From contig CAWAMW010000015.1 of assembly GCA_963783305.1 (NCBI GenBank), forward strand, positions 384,001 to 448,000: a stretch of 64,000 bases of DNA. Direction: 5' to 3'. The stretch's first letter is position 1. Each line of letters starts with the position of its first letter. Positions 1-8,238 of this stretch are shown here, piece by piece. The notes under the pieces are model-generated. The model worked only from the letters and a program-made list of their open reading frames with translations. It was not told the origin of the DNA and made no database searches. Made by a program: the position numbers and the translations under genes. The stretch comes from an uncultured Gemmatimonadales bacterium. GTDB lineage: Bacteria; Gemmatimonadota; Gemmatimonadetes; Longimicrobiales; RSA9.

Positions 1-1
1 G

Positions 2-475
2 ATGGTCGCCACGACGCCCGAGGGGGCGGAGCGACCGCTGATGGACGTACTCGCGGAGGCGGACGTGGTCGTCAACGGCACGCTCCAGGACCCGGAGCAC
101 CCGCTCATGTTCGTGCGGGAGAACGAGGTGGAGCGTCTGAAGCCGCGGTCGCTGATCGTGGATGTCAGCTGCGACCGCGGGATGGGATTCCCGTTCGCAC
201 GCCCCACGTCGTTCGCCGACCCCATGTTCACGGTGGGCGAGGACGTCCAGTACTACGCCGTGGACCACACGCCCAGCTACCTCTGGGAGGCCGCATCGTG
301 GGAGATCTCGGGCGCGCTGCTCCCGTACCTGCTGGAGGTCGTGCGCGGGCCGGACGCATGGGCGGAGAACGAGACGCTGCGCCGGGCGGTGGAGGTGCGG
401 CGTGGCGTGGTGGAGAACCCGGTGATCTTGTCGTTCCAGGACCGCGAAGATGAGTACCCGCACCGGCCGCGGTAG
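2..475 (+). CDS. N5-(carboxyethyl)ornithine synthase-like / AlaDH-PNT family NAD(P)-dependent dehydrogenase, C-terminal part (5' end outside window)
   Basis: Motifs DVVVNGTLQD, LIVDVSCDRGMGF, ARPTSF and YYAVDHTPSYLW match the CEOS/alanine dehydrogenase C-terminal region as I recall it. Confidence 0.75.
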   Translation: MVATTPEGAERPLMDVLAEADVVVNGTLQDPEHPLMFVRENEVERLKPRSLIVDVSCDRGMGFPFARPTSFADPMFTVGEDVQYYAVDHTPSYLWEAASWEISGALLPYLLEVVRGPDAWAENETLRRAVEVRRGVVENPVILSFQDREDEYPHRPR

Positions 476-500
476 GGCCTCAACCACAGGAGCGTTCCGG

Positions 501-1940
501 ATGGTCTCAGACGACAGCCAGGAGCTCCGCCGCTCCGGCGCACGGTTGCTGGAGCGCATGGGCGAGTACCTGGACACCGTGGAGGAGCGGCCGGTCTCCA
601 CGCCCCGGAGCGCCGCCGCGGTGGCCGACCTCTTCCAGGACCCGCTCCCGCGCGAAGGCCGGCCCGCCGACGAGGTATGGAACGACGTGTGGGACCGGGT
701 CGTCCCGGACGCGATTCACCTGGCCCACCCGATGTACATGGGCCACCAGGTCGCTCCGCCCCTGCCCCACGCCGTGCTCGCCGACGCCCTGGCCAGCGTC
801 CTCAACCAGTCGCTGGCCGTCTGGGAGATGTCGCCCACAGGCACGCCCGTGGAGCAGCAGGTAATGGCGTGGATGAAGGAGCTGGCCGGCTACCCCGTCG
901 ACGCCGATGGCACCCTCGTTTCCGGCGGGAGCGTCGCCAACCTCACGGGGATGCTGGCCGCGCGGGAGGCGGTGTTCCCCGGCGCGTGGGATGAGGGCGT
1001 GCCCCCGGCCCGGCTGGGTCGCGCAGCCGTCTTCGCCGCCGAATCCGCGCACTACTCGGTGGAGCGGACGCTCGGCGTGCTCGGCCTCGGAGCCCGCGCC
1101 CTCGTCCGCGTCCCCGAGCGAGAGTTCCGGATGGACGTGGCCGCGCTGGCCAGTGCCGTGCGCGACGCCCGCCGCGACGGCCGCATCCCCATGGCCATCG
1201 TGGCCACCGCCGGAAGCACCGCCACCGGCCTCTTCGACGACCTCGCGGGTATCGCCGACGTGGCGGGGACGGAGGACGTATGGCTGCACGTGGATGGCGC
1301 CCACGGCGCGTCGTTCCTGGCGAGCGAACGGCTCCGCCACCGCCTGCGTGGGCTCGACCGCGCCGACTCCATCGCGTGGGACCCGCACAAAATGATGCTC
1401 ATGCCTATATCGGCCAGCGCCATCCTGGTCCGCGACCGGCGCCACCTGGATGCGGCGTTCCAGCAGAGCGCGCCCTACCTCTTCCACCCGCGCCCGGGCG
1501 AGTCGCGCTCCCGGGACATCGGAAAACGCACCCTCCAGTGCTCCAAGCGGTTCGACGCCCTCAAGCTGTGGGTCGCCTTCCAGCACTACGGCCTCGATCA
1601 TTTCGGACGGCTGCAGGAGCGGACCGTCGACAACGCGCTGGCGCTCCACCGCCTGCTCCAGGATGCCGACGACTTCGAGCCCGTCCACCAGCCCGAGTCC
1701 AACATTCTCTGCTTCCGCTGGCTCCCCGCCGACGTCGGCGATCGCGCCCCGCAGAAGGTGGATGCGCTCCAGACCGCGCTCCGCGAGCGTTACAACGCCT
1801 CCGGCCGCGGCTGGATCACCACTGCCCTGCTCGGCGGACGCCGCGTGCTGCGCGTCACGCTCATGAACCCCCGCACCGGCCACGAGCACCTGGAGGCGCT
1901 GCTCGACGGGCTCCGGGAAGAGGGGGCCGGCCGGGCGTAG
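501..1940 (+). CDS. Group II PLP-dependent decarboxylase (DAB/aromatic amino acid/glutamate decarboxylase family)
   Basis: HPMYMGHQ, GGSVANL, AHYS, WLHVDGAHG, DSIAWDPHK (PLP lysine); AGGAG RBS before ATG 501. Confidence 0.9.
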   Translation: MVSDDSQELRRSGARLLERMGEYLDTVEERPVSTPRSAAAVADLFQDPLPREGRPADEVWNDVWDRVVPDAIHLAHPMYMGHQVAPPLPHAVLADALASVLNQSLAVWEMSPTGTPVEQQVMAWMKELAGYPVDADGTLVSGGSVANLTGMLAAREAVFPGAWDEGVPPARLGRAAVFAAESAHYSVERTLGVLGLGARALVRVPEREFRMDVAALASAVRDARRDGRIPMAIVATAGSTATGLFDDLAGIADVAGTEDVWLHVDGAHGASFLASERLRHRLRGLDRADSIAWDPHKMMLMPISASAILVRDRRHLDAAFQQSAPYLFHPRPGESRSRDIGKRTLQCSKRFDALKLWVAFQHYGLDHFGRLQERTVDNALALHRLLQDADDFEPVHQPESNILCFRWLPADVGDRAPQKVDALQTALRERYNASGRGWITTALLGGRRVLRVTLMNPRTGHEHLEALLDGLREEGAGRA

Positions 1941-1961
1941 CCCCTTACGGCTCCACCGCTG

Positions 1962-2104
1962 CGGACCAGGTTCCATATTCCACTTTCGACCTGATCCGCT
2001 ATCTCCCGGGCCGGTTCCCACATGGTCGGCGTTGCCCCCCCACGCGGGCCGCCACGATCCAGGTCACCTCACGCCCATGGATGTGGAATATGGAACCTGG
2101 TCCG
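1962..2104. repeat. 143-bp element bounded by perfect 22-bp inverted repeats (REPIN/MITE-like)
   Basis: CGGACCAGGTTCCATATTCCAC (1962-1983) and its exact reverse complement (2083-2104), between convergent genes. Confidence 0.8.
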
Positions 2105-2115
2105 GTGAGCCTCGC

Positions 2116-2934
2116 TCAGCCGAGCGCCACGTCCAGCAGCATCATGAGGGCGAAGCCGACGATGGTGCTCGACGTGGCGAGGTCGGTGCGCCCCTCCTGC
2201 TGGGCCTCGGGGATGAGCTCCTCGACCACGACGTAGATCATGGCGCCGGCGGCGAAGGCGAGGGCATAGGGGAGGATGGGTCGAATCAGGAAGACAGCCG
2301 CAGCGCCGAGAGCGGCGGCCACGGGCTCGACCACCGCGGAGAGCTGACCGTACCAGAAGCTCTTGCCGCGCCCCAGTCCGCTCTGGCGGAGCGGCATGGA
2401 GACGGCTGCGCCCTCCGGAAAATTCTGCAGCCCGATCCCCATGGCCAGGACGACGGCCCCGGCCATGGTGGCCCCTCCGTCTCCCGCGCCGGCGTGGACC
2501 GCGCCGAACGCCACGCCCACGGCCAGACCTTCCGGGATGTTGTGCAGCGTGATGGCGAGGACGAGCAGGGTCGCGCGCTCCCATTTCGTGGGGATCCCCT
2601 CGGCCTGGCTGATGGGCAGGAAGGGGTGGAGGTGGGGGAGGACGGCGTCGGATGCTCGCAGGAAGATGGCGCCGGCGAGGAACCCCGTGGTGAGGGGAAT
2701 CCAGGCGGGAGTCCCCATGATCTCGGCCATCTCGGCGGCGGGGAGCAGGAGCGAGAAGAAGCTGGCTGCGATCATGACGCCGGCCGCGAAGCCGAGCATG
2801 GAGTCGAGCACCCGTCGCGGGAACTCGCGGTACAGCAATACCACGGCGGCCCCGGCGGCGGTGAGCGACCAGGTGAATATCCCCGCCAGGAGTGCCTGGA
2901 GGATGGGGTCGGCGTGCATGAACCATTCGCGCAT
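2116..2934 (-). CDS. ZIP family divalent metal transporter (GufA/ZupT-like)
   Basis: LGFAAGVMIAAS, ITLHNIPEGLAVG, GIGLQNFPEG, ELIPEAQ; multiple TM helices. Confidence 0.92.
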   Translation of the reverse strand: MREWFMHADPILQALLAGIFTWSLTAAGAAVVLLYREFPRRVLDSMLGFAAGVMIAASFFSLLLPAAEMAEIMGTPAWIPLTTGFLAGAIFLRASDAVLPHLHPFLPISQAEGIPTKWERATLLVLAITLHNIPEGLAVGVAFGAVHAGAGDGGATMAGAVVLAMGIGLQNFPEGAAVSMPLRQSGLGRGKSFWYGQLSAVVEPVAAALGAAAVFLIRPILPYALAFAAGAMIYVVVEELIPEAQQEGRTDLATSSTIVGFALMMLLDVALG

Positions 2935-3050
2935 GCCGGAAGCTACGAGGTGCGGCGTGCGCTGAAAATGCCGGCACCGGGCGCTGAGTCGTTCGGAACG
3001 CTCCTTGCCCCCAGGTCGAAACACGACACCCTTCGACCAAGGCGACTATC

Positions 3051-3248
3051 GTGAACCGCTTCGCTTCGACCCTGCTCGTCCTGCTCCTCACGCTCACCGC
3101 CGGCGGCTGCGATCTGGTGGGCGACGTCCTGGAGTTCGGGTTCTGGCTCATCGTCATCCTCATCGCGATCATCGTGCTCCTCGGCTGGGGCATCGCGCGC
3201 ATGCTCCGAGGACGCGATCGAGGGCCCCGGGACGAACACACGCCCTGA
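3051..3248 (+). CDS. Small membrane lipoprotein, 65 aa
   Basis: Signal peptide with lipobox-like AGGC followed by a hydrophobic helix; GTG start. Confidence 0.65.
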   Translation: MNRFASTLLVLLLTLTAGGCDLVGDVLEFGFWLIVILIAIIVLLGWGIARMLRGRDRGPRDEHTP

Positions 3249-3586
3249 CCTTCCTCGCACTGCTGCCGGCGGCGCTGAGCACGCTGGTGCTCGCCGCCCA
3301 CTTTCTGCGGGTGGGGGCGCTGGCACCCGTGACTCTGCTCATCGTCCTGCTCCCGCTGCTCGCGCTCCGCCAGTGGTGGGTGCCGCGCCTCTTCCAGCTG
3401 GTTCTCGTGCTCGGCGGGCTGGAGTGGCTGAGGACGCTGGTCGTGCTGCGGGCCCTCCGTGCGGCGCGTGGCGAGCCCTCGCTGCGCATGGTGGCCATCC
3501 TGGCCGGCGTGGCCGCGTTCACCCTCCTGTCCGCAGCCATCTTCGAGACGCCGCGCCTCCGACGACGGTTCCGCCGCGTTTCCTGA
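3245..3586 (+). CDS. Conserved-looking 4-TM membrane protein, probable CTG start
   Basis: Hydrophobic ORF (LTFLALLP..AAHFLR..LEWLRT..); CTG overlaps the upstream stop as CTGA; no suitable ATG nearby. Confidence 0.6.
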   Translation: MTFLALLPAALSTLVLAAHFLRVGALAPVTLLIVLLPLLALRQWWVPRLFQLVLVLGGLEWLRTLVVLRALRAARGEPSLRMVAILAGVAAFTLLSAAIFETPRLRRRFRRVS

Positions 3587-3885
3587 CTCCCAGACCAACC
3601 GCCCGCCGTACCGCCCTGCGCACCACCCTCCGTACCGCGCTCCGTGCCGCGCCGCGGGCGTTGAGCCGATTCGCCGGCGGACCACTCCCACCGTACCGTA
3701 CGTTCAGAGCGCCACGTACCTGCGATCCCCGACACGTCGGCCGGGGTCAATCGTCGGGGATGTCCCTTTTCCGGGACCACAGGTTTCCCGACTGCGGGAT
3801 AGAGCCCCACATGCCACTATAGGACCCGGACCTGGACGCGGGCCTGGACGCGGGCCGGGCCACGGGCGCCAGCGCTGGAGGAGCA

Positions 3886-4314
3886 ATGATCGAAGCGAGC
3901 GGGGTCAACCACATCGGAATCGCCGTGCGGTCGCTGGACGAGCATCGGGCGTACTACGAGGACGTGCTGGGCGCCGTGTACGAGGGGACCGAGGAGGTCG
4001 CGTCGCAGAAGGTGCGGGTGGCGTTCTACCGGATCGGCGGCGGGCCGGCTCCGGTCCGGCTCGAGCTGCTGGAGCCCACATCGGACGACTCGCCGGTGGC
4101 GAAGTTCCTGGAGAAGCGGGGTGAGGGCGTGCACCACGTGGCGTACACGGTGGCGGACCTGGACGAGCGGCTCCGGGAGCTGGGGGAGGCGGGCGTGCGG
4201 CGGATCGATGAGCGCGGTCGTCCGGGCGCCCACGACATGCGGATCGCCTTTCTGCACCCCAAGAGCACGGGTGGTGTGCTGACGGAGCTCTGCGAGCCCG
4301 CGGGCGAACCCTGA
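3886..4314 (+). CDS. mce: Methylmalonyl-CoA epimerase
   Basis: VOC fold motifs NHIGIAV, LELLEP, GEGVHHVAY, FLHPKSTGGVLTELC; GGAGG RBS. Confidence 0.93.
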   Translation: MIEASGVNHIGIAVRSLDEHRAYYEDVLGAVYEGTEEVASQKVRVAFYRIGGGPAPVRLELLEPTSDDSPVAKFLEKRGEGVHHVAYTVADLDERLRELGEAGVRRIDERGRPGAHDMRIAFLHPKSTGGVLTELCEPAGEP

Positions 4315-4329
4315 ACCGGAGATCCGAGC

Positions 4330-4617
4330 ATGGTTATCAAGGTGATCCTCCTGCGGCGCGTGCCCTTGGAGGTGGCCAGCGAGCTGAAGCCGCTCCTCAT
4401 GGAAATGCGGGCGCTGGCGCTGGCGCAGCCCGGCTACGTGTCGGGTGAGACGCTCATGAACGCCGACGACCCGGAGGAGTACCTGGTCATCAGCACGTGG
4501 ACGAGCATGGACCACTGGAACACGTGGCTGAGGAACCCGGAGCGGCGGATGGTCCAGCAGCAGATCGACGGCCTGCTGGGTCGTGAGACGCTCTACCAGG
4601 TCTACTACAACGCCTGA
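4330..4617 (+). CDS. ABM (antibiotic biosynthesis monooxygenase) family protein
   Basis: [17 protein letters not shown] motifs; 95 aa. Confidence 0.8.
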   Translation: MVIKVILLRRVPLEVASELKPLLMEMRALALAQPGYVSGETLMNADDPEEYLVISTWTSMDHWNTWLRNPERRMVQQQIDGLLGRETLYQVYYNA

Positions 4618-4630
4618 CGCGGGGGCCGGA

Positions 4631-6184
4631 ATGGACGGCATGGAAGGAAGGATCGAGGACCTGCTGGAGCGCCGTCGCCGGGCCATGGAGGGGGGCGGTC
4701 AGGACCGGATCGATCGGCATCATTCGCAGGGTCGCTACACCGCACGGGAGCGTCTCGACCTCCTGCTGGACCCCGACTCCTTCGAGGAGTTCGACATGCT
4801 CGTGGAGCACCGCTGCCACGACTTCGGGCTGGAGCAGCAGAAGGTCCCGGGCGATGGCGTGGTCACGGGCTACGGCACCATCCAAGGGCGCCTCGTCTAT
4901 GTGTACGCCTTCGACGCCACGGTATTCGGCGGCTCGCTCTCGGAGACCGTGGCCGAGAAGATCTGCAAGGTGATGGACATGGCCGCGAAGAACGGCGCAC
5001 CCATCATCGGGCTAAACGACTCCGGCGGCGCCCGCATCCAGGAGGGGATCGAGAGCCTCGCCGGGTACGCCGACATCTTCCTCCGGAACGTCATGGTGAG
5101 CGGCGTGGTGCCGCAGCTGTCCGGGGTGTTCGGGCCGTGCGCCGGAGGCGCCGTGTACTCCCCCGCCCTCACCGACTTCACCGTGATGGTGGAGGGCAGC
5201 TCGTACATGTTCCTCACGGGCCCGAAGGTCGTGAAGTCGGTGACCCACGAGGACGTGGACACGGAGACGCTGGGCGGCGCGGCCGTGCATACGACCCGGA
5301 GCGGTGTGGCGCACAGGGCGGAGCCCACGGAGGAGGCGGCGATCGAGCGGCTGAAGCAGCTGCTGTCGTACATGCCATCGAACAACCTGGGGACGCCGCC
5401 GCGCCTGGACGTGGTCGACCCGGTCGACCGGGAGGTCGAGAGGCTCGCCGAGCTGGTGCCGGACGACCCCAACCAGCCGTACGACATGCGCGAGGTCATC
5501 GCCGGCACGGTAGACGATGGTGAGATGCTGGAGATCCAGCCAGGATGGGCGCCCAACCTGGTGGTGGGATTCGCGCGCTACGGCGGGATTCCCGTCGGGG
5601 TCGTGGCCAACCAGCCCATGCACCTGGCGGGCGTGCTCGACAACGACGCTTCGATGAAGGGCGCCCGCTTCGTCCGGTTCTGCGACTGCTTCAACATCCC
5701 GGTGGTCACCTTCGTCGATGTGCCCGGGTTCATGCCGGGCACCACGCAGGAGTATGCCGGCATCATCCGCAACGGCGCCAAGCTGCTCTACGCCTACGCC
5801 GAGGCCACGGTCCCGAAGGTGACCGTGACCACGCGCAAGGCCTACGGCGGCGCCTACTGCGTCATGAGCTCGAAGCACCTGCGCGGCGACGTGAACTACG
5901 CGTGGCCGGGCGCCGAGATCGCCGTCATGGGCGCCCGGGGCGCGGTGGGGATCCTCCACGGCCGCGCCCTGAAGGATGCCGAGGATCCCGCCACGCTGGC
6001 GCGGGAGAAAGAGGCGGAGTACGCCGAGCGGTTCGCCAACCCGTACGCGGCGGCGCGCCGCGGCTACCTGGACGCGGTGATCCGGCCCGCCCAGACGCGG
6101 ATCCGCATCTGCAAGTCGCTCCGGGTCCTCGAAAACAAGCAGGACGCCAACCTGCCGAAGAAGCACGGCAACATCCCGCTCTGA
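4631..6184 (+). CDS. mmdA: Carboxyltransferase, methylmalonyl-CoA decarboxylase alpha subunit (PccB-like)
   Basis: [48 protein letters not shown]; start could be 4640. Confidence 0.9.
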   Translation: MDGMEGRIEDLLERRRRAMEGGGQDRIDRHHSQGRYTARERLDLLLDPDSFEEFDMLVEHRCHDFGLEQQKVPGDGVVTGYGTIQGRLVYVYAFDATVFGGSLSETVAEKICKVMDMAAKNGAPIIGLNDSGGARIQEGIESLAGYADIFLRNVMVSGVVPQLSGVFGPCAGGAVYSPALTDFTVMVEGSSYMFLTGPKVVKSVTHEDVDTETLGGAAVHTTRSGVAHRAEPTEEAAIERLKQLLSYMPSNNLGTPPRLDVVDPVDREVERLAELVPDDPNQPYDMREVIAGTVDDGEMLEIQPGWAPNLVVGFARYGGIPVGVVANQPMHLAGVLDNDASMKGARFVRFCDCFNIPVVTFVDVPGFMPGTTQEYAGIIRNGAKLLYAYAEATVPKVTVTTRKAYGGAYCVMSSKHLRGDVNYAWPGAEIAVMGARGAVGILHGRALKDAEDPATLAREKEAEYAERFANPYAAARRGYLDAVIRPAQTRIRICKSLRVLENKQDANLPKKHGNIPL

Positions 6185-6185
6185 C

Positions 6186-6545
6186 ATGGAGAACGTCATG
6201 GCAGGGGACGGTTTCGGGCTCGCGGCGGCGGGGATGCTGGTGGTAGTCACGGGGCTCGTGCTCATCAGCCTCTTCATCGCGCTGCTCCCGAAGCTCTTCG
6301 ATGGGGGCGCCGCGCTGCTCCGCCGCTGGCGAGCGCGGCCCGGACCCGCGCGGGCCGCGGCGGAGGAGCGCGCGCCGCAGCTCGCCATGGACCCCTCGCT
6401 CCTGGCGGCCATCGGGATGGTGCTGGAGGCGGAGCGGGCGCGGGAGCTTTCTCAGGACCGGCAGCGGATCACGCTGCGCGATGACACCGAGCAGAGGGTG
6501 TGGACCGCCATCGGCAAGATGCGGACACTGTCGACGAGGCTATAG
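6186..6545 (+). CDS. OadG/MmdD-type membrane anchor subunit
   Basis: One N-terminal TM helix (GMLVVVTGLVLISLFI), Ala/Pro linker, LLAAIGMVL, C-terminal W motif; operon position. Confidence 0.8.
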   Translation: MENVMAGDGFGLAAAGMLVVVTGLVLISLFIALLPKLFDGGAALLRRWRARPGPARAAAEERAPQLAMDPSLLAAIGMVLEAERARELSQDRQRITLRDDTEQRVWTAIGKMRTLSTRL

Positions 6546-6550
6546 AGGGC

Positions 6551-7003
6551 ATGCGGCGCTACGAGCTGGAGGTCAACGGGAAGGCGTTCACCATTACCGT
6601 CCGGGAGTTCTCGGGCGATCACGCGGAGCTCGAGATCGATGGCGAGCGCTATGCCGTCCGGGTGGATGACGTGGTCTCCGACGGCCCGAAGACATCGCCG
6701 GTCCAACCCACGAAGTCGCTGGCGGCCGCCGGTGAGAAGGCGGCCGCGGCCGGGGCGGCGCACGCGCCAGCGGTGGGGCCTGGCGGACTCACGGGGGCCG
6801 TGCTGGCGCCCATCCCCGGCCAGATCCTGGAGATCCTGGTCTCCGAGGGAGATGAGGTGCAGGCGGGGAAGCCCCTCCTGGTCATGGAGGCGATGAAGAT
6901 GGAGAACGTCATCAACGCCCCTACCGCCGGCACGGTGGGCCCGATCATGGTCCGCACCGGGGATGCCGTGACACAGGGGCAGGAGCTGCTGGTCATCGCC
7001 TGA
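6551..7003 (+). CDS. mmdC: Biotin carboxyl carrier subunit (MmdC-type)
   Basis: EAMKMEN biotinylation motif; YELEVNGK N-terminus; Ala-rich linker. Confidence 0.9.
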   Translation: MRRYELEVNGKAFTITVREFSGDHAELEIDGERYAVRVDDVVSDGPKTSPVQPTKSLAAAGEKAAAAGAAHAPAVGPGGLTGAVLAPIPGQILEILVSEGDEVQAGKPLLVMEAMKMENVINAPTAGTVGPIMVRTGDAVTQGQELLVIA

Positions 7004-8130
7004 TGAAGACCCTCCTCGACTTCCTGGGCCAGAGCGGGTTCGCCAACGTATCGGCCGGCAACCTGCTCATGATCGCCATTGGCGCGGTCTTCATCTCCCT
7101 GGCCATCATCAAACGCTACGAGCCGCTCCTGCTGCTCCCCATCGGCTTCGGCGTGATCGTCGGGAACGTGGCGGTCATCCCGGGCATGAACCTGAGCGCG
7201 TACGACCCGGGCAGCGTCCTCTACTACCTGTACCTGGGCGTCTCCCAGGGCGTGTACCCGCCCCTCATCTTCCTCGGGATCGGGGCGATGACCGACTTCT
7301 CCACGCTCCTCTCGAACCCGAAGCTGGTGCTCCTCGGCGCCGCTGCCCAGGTCGGCATCTTCCTCACGCTCATCGGCGCGCTCTACCTCGGCTTCACCCC
7401 CGCGGAGGCCGGCGCCATCGGGATCATCGGCGGCGCCGACGGCCCGACGGCCATCTTCCTCGCCTCCCAGATCGCCCCTCACCTGCTCGGCGCCATCGCC
7501 ATCGCCGCCTACTCCTACATGGCCCTCGTACCGGTGATCCAGCCGCCCATCATGACGCTGCTGACCACGCGGGCGGAACGACGGATCCGGATGGCACCAC
7601 CGCGGAAGGTCTCCAGGCGCGAGAAGATCGTCTTTCCGATCGGCACGTTCGTCATCACGGCGCTGATCGCCCCCGGCTCCATCGTGCTCATCGGCATGCT
7701 CATGTTCGGCAACCTGCTGAAGGAGAGCGGCGTAACCGAGCGGCTGGCGCAGACCGCCCGGACAGGGCTCATCGACATCGTCACCATCCTGCTCGGCTTC
7801 TCCGTGGGAACCAGCACACAGGCCCAGACGTTCCTCACCGCACAGTCGCTCGGCATCTTCGCCCTCGGCGCCCTCTCCTTCGCCATTGCCACCGCGTCGG
7901 GCGTCCTGGCCGCGAAGGGCATGAACCTGTTCCTCCACGACAAGATCAACCCGCTCATCGGTGCCGCGGGCGTTTCCGCGGTCCCCGACTCCGCCCGCGT
8001 CGTACAGCACGTCGGACAGAAGGAGGACCCGGACAACTTCCTCCTCATGCACGCCATGGCCCCGAACGTCGCGGGCGTGATCGGATCCGCCATCGCGGCC
8101 GGTGTGCTCTGGGCCGTACTCGTCGTCTGA
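7003..8130 (+). CDS. mmdB: Na+-translocating decarboxylase beta subunit (OadB/MmdB)
   Basis: YEPLLLLPIGFG, IGIIGGADGPT, AAYSYMALVP, NPLIGAAGVSAVP, HAMAPNVAGVIGSA. Confidence 0.95.
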   Translation: MKTLLDFLGQSGFANVSAGNLLMIAIGAVFISLAIIKRYEPLLLLPIGFGVIVGNVAVIPGMNLSAYDPGSVLYYLYLGVSQGVYPPLIFLGIGAMTDFSTLLSNPKLVLLGAAAQVGIFLTLIGALYLGFTPAEAGAIGIIGGADGPTAIFLASQIAPHLLGAIAIAAYSYMALVPVIQPPIMTLLTTRAERRIRMAPPRKVSRREKIVFPIGTFVITALIAPGSIVLIGMLMFGNLLKESGVTERLAQTARTGLIDIVTILLGFSVGTSTQAQTFLTAQSLGIFALGALSFAIATASGVLAAKGMNLFLHDKINPLIGAAGVSAVPDSARVVQHVGQKEDPDNFLLMHAMAPNVAGVIGSAIAAGVLWAVLVV

Positions 8131-8238
8131 CCCGCATCGCTCCCCGATCCCCCGCCATCTGGTCCCCGAACCACTCCAAGCCTACCTTCTGATCGGACCA
8201 CCTGACACGCCCACTGACCCGACGACGGAGCCGGGACC

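Noticed and set aside
501..1940. Siderophore biosynthesis cluster linked to the IutA-like receptor
   Set aside because: No NIS synthetase, N-hydroxylase or acyltransferase nearby, and the receptor is 44 kb away
3811..3885. In-frame TAG upstream of mce as pyrrolysine readthrough
   Set aside because: mce has its own strong RBS and a normal N-terminus; no pyl context
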